A DNA stretch of 34,172 nt from an uncultured Methanosarcinales archaeon (GTDB taxonomy: Archaea; Nanobdellota; Nanobdellia; Woesearchaeales; UBA525), in assembly GCA_964540015.1 (NCBI GenBank), contig CAZIKW010000002.1, forward strand, positions 1 through 34,172. Direction: 5' to 3'. Position 1 is the first letter of the stretch. Each line of letters starts with the position of its first letter. Both the position numbers and the translations under genes were made by a program. Below are positions 32,662 through 34,172 of the stretch, piece by piece. The notes below the pieces were generated by a model. That model ran no database searches. It was not told where the DNA came from and was given only the letters and a program-made list of their open reading frames with translations.

Positions 32662-32682
32662 TTCGTGTAGCCTAAGCACAAA
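32662..32682. promoter_or_regulatory. Degenerate copy of the palindrome (TTCGTGT-N7-GCACAAA) upstream of the NrtR-like gene
   Basis: It matches the 25172 site at 6/7 and 5/7 positions in the two arms with identical 7-nt spacing, about 33 nt upstream of ATG 32715. Confidence 0.25.
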
Positions 32683-32714
32683 GTATTTGAAGACCAAAAG
32701 ACAGGTCAAGGCCT

Positions 32715-33395
32715 ATGAAAGGAGCCCCGTACGATCCGAAAAGCGATATCTGGGACCAACGACGCCCCGCCGTAGCGGTCGATGTCGTGCTCCTCTCCAT
32801 CCTCGACGGTCAGCTCCAAATAGCGCTCATCCAACGACAGGACGAACCGTACTTCGGCAAGTACGCGCTTCCTGGCCGTTTCGTGCGCTACGATGAACCT
32901 ATCGAAGTGACGGGGAAGAAAGCGCTCGAAACGAAAGGGAATATCAAGACGGAAGGGATCTATCTCGAACAGCTCGCGACGTTCGGGCAGAACCTGATCC
33001 GCGACACGCGCATCCGCACGATTAGCGTCGTCTACTACGCCCTCGTCCCAAAAGACGTCATCTCGAAGCAAGCTGGGAACGCGTTCCATTGGTTCTCAAC
33101 CGACAAGCTGCCTCCGCTCGCGTTTGATCACAAGGACATCATCATTTCCGCTATCGACCGTATCCGCGCGCGTCTCTTGCGCACCGATATCGTCTTCCAT
33201 TTGCTGCCCGAGGAATTCACCCTCTCGGAATTGCAGCGTACGTGCGAGGTCATCCTGGGCAACGAACTCGACAAACGAAATTTCCGCAAGAAAACCGCGG
33301 AAGTGTACGACCTGAAGGACCTCAAACGGGACCGTCGCATCGGAGCGCACCGTCCCGCACGCCTGTACCGTTTCGTCAAGCTACGTGACGATTAA
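32715..33395 (+). CDS. nrtR: NrtR-like Nudix-related transcriptional regulator (degenerate Nudix domain + C-terminal wHTH)
   Basis: 'LPGRFVRYDEPIEVTGKKALETKG' is a degraded Nudix box. 'LAFDHKDIIISAIDRIRARL' and 'LLPEEFTLSELQRTCEVILGNELDKRNFRKK' match the characteristic C-terminal NrtR wHTH segment. Confidence 0.75.
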   Translation: MKGAPYDPKSDIWDQRRPAVAVDVVLLSILDGQLQIALIQRQDEPYFGKYALPGRFVRYDEPIEVTGKKALETKGNIKTEGIYLEQLATFGQNLIRDTRIRTISVVYYALVPKDVISKQAGNAFHWFSTDKLPPLAFDHKDIIISAIDRIRARLLRTDIVFHLLPEEFTLSELQRTCEVILGNELDKRNFRKKTAEVYDLKDLKRDRRIGAHRPARLYRFVKLRDD

Positions 33396-33453
33396 GGAAT
33401 CTGCAGCAGAAATCTGAGCAAACGGATATAAGGGGACTTCACTTCTCAACGTG

Positions 33454-34172
33454 ATGCATATCGACGACGTCCTGCAAACGCTCAAGCGCAAGCTCGCGAT
33501 CGTCGGGGTTCCTGAACAGCCCATCCGTATCGAAATAGATGAACCAGGGGAATTCTTGGGTCTGGACGCACCGCTCCAGCTGAGCCAGGCCGACGACGCC
33601 ATCATACTGAGCATACGCAATATCACCTCCTATGCGCCAGTGGCTCTCGAGCGCATTCTCGAGCATCGCGCATGCGCGCTCGCAGAGGAGAAACGCACCG
33701 GCCCACTACCGCTATTTGGTTCAGGACATGCCCTCACGCAACTCCTGCACGAGTACATCCATTACGCGTATCTCGAGTACACCGCAGGAAAACGCATGAT
33801 CGGAGAGTTCGGTCAGCACCGCTACGACGACTACCACGACACGTCAGCACCAGGCATATGCGATACCATTCACGAATCGTGGCGACGCCAGAAGAATGAT
33901 GCGCATCGGTTCCAAGCAATTACCTGGTTCCTGCGCGAGCATGCGAAAGATCTGCTTAGCACCTCAGCTCGATTGGCGCCAGCAGTCATCGGTCAGGTGG
34001 TGCCGGCGATGGGCGAGGTATTCGCGTACGTGAAGAATCTCCCCGTGCCCGCGGTCACCAAAGAACGCGAAGCGGCGAATGTCTTGCGAGCGCAATTGAT
34101 TTCGCTCTTGGGCGAGCAGCTTTGGGAGCAGGTCCACCTGCTCAAGAGCTACCAAGAGGGCCGGTTGGTTAT
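33454..34172 (+). CDS. Partial ORF (runs off the window) with HExxH motif, putative zinc metallopeptidase-like protein
   Basis: The frame is open from TGA 33415-33417 to the window end (over 240 codons). ATG 33454 (alternative GTG 33451). 'LLHEYIHYAY' contains HExxH. It is absent from the supplied ORF track because it has no stop in the window. Confidence 0.55.
   Translation, partial: MHIDDVLQTLKRKLAIVGVPEQPIRIEIDEPGEFLGLDAPLQLSQADDAIILSIRNITSYAPVALERILEHRACALAEEKRTGPLPLFGSGHALTQLLHEYIHYAYLEYTAGKRMIGEFGQHRYDDYHDTSAPGICDTIHESWRRQKNDAHRFQAITWFLREHAKDLLSTSARLAPAVIGQVVPAMGEVFAYVKNLPVPAVTKEREAANVLRAQLISLLGEQLWEQVHLLKSYQEGRLV

Noticed and set aside
33439-33666. 75-aa minus-strand ORF
   Set aside because: It lies entirely within a plus-strand frame of over 240 codons with no stop that carries an HExxH motif. 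It is most likely an antisense shadow ORF.
1-34172. CRISPR arrays, rRNA genes, transposases, integrases, prophage or known defence-system signatures
   Set aside because: I saw no regularly spaced direct repeats, no rRNA-like stretches, and no recombinase or transposase-like ORFs, including next to the two tRNA genes. The only tandem repeats are the intragenic 45-bp and 51-bp units.

Overview
The window looks like a chromosomal segment from an archaeon. This is an inference from four observations: A/T-rich TATA-like boxes sit about 25-30 nt upstream of many start codons; GGAGGTG/GGTGG-type ribosome-binding sites appear where a leader exists; the tRNA genes lack an encoded CCA; and the gene content includes a PAC2 proteasome chaperone, an archaeal-type NMN adenylyltransferase, Lrp/AsnC, and a COG2512-like membrane wHTH protein. 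Coding density is high, and I found no rRNA, CRISPR array, transposase or integrase. Two gene clusters stand out. (1) 2.3-9.9 kb is a convergent nine-gene cluster. A small ORF carrying three tandem 15-aa repeats, a radical-SAM enzyme and a Nudix hydrolase on the + strand face a six-gene ATGA-coupled operon on the - strand: P-loop kinase, processive-type GT2, B12-binding radical SAM, radical SAM with a twitch/SPASM-like Cys motif, dNK-like kinase and SAM methyltransferase. I cannot match it to a known pathway, so it is my best candidate for an undescribed biosynthetic system (RiPP-like, or a nucleoside/glycan-derived product). (2) 25.2-33.4 kb is a ten-gene, translationally coupled NAD salvage/recycling operon: small ORF, pncB, small ORF, pncA, nadE, Nudix, nadM, radical SAM, ADP-ribosylglycohydrolase and nadK. 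It is followed by an NrtR-like Nudix-wHTH regulator, and a 21-bp palindrome lies in the operon promoter. The embedded radical SAM and the two small ORFs are unexplained. The rest is mostly housekeeping: tRNA-Cys, tRNA-Arg, pepA, an ABC-2 transporter, trxB, a Kv-type channel, MarC, an EEP nuclease/phosphatase and a HAD hydrolase. There are also an acidic secreted coiled-coil protein with 51-bp repeats, an ORF interrupted by an in-frame TAA, and several orphan proteins. All functional calls come from motif recognition by eye; no database search was run.
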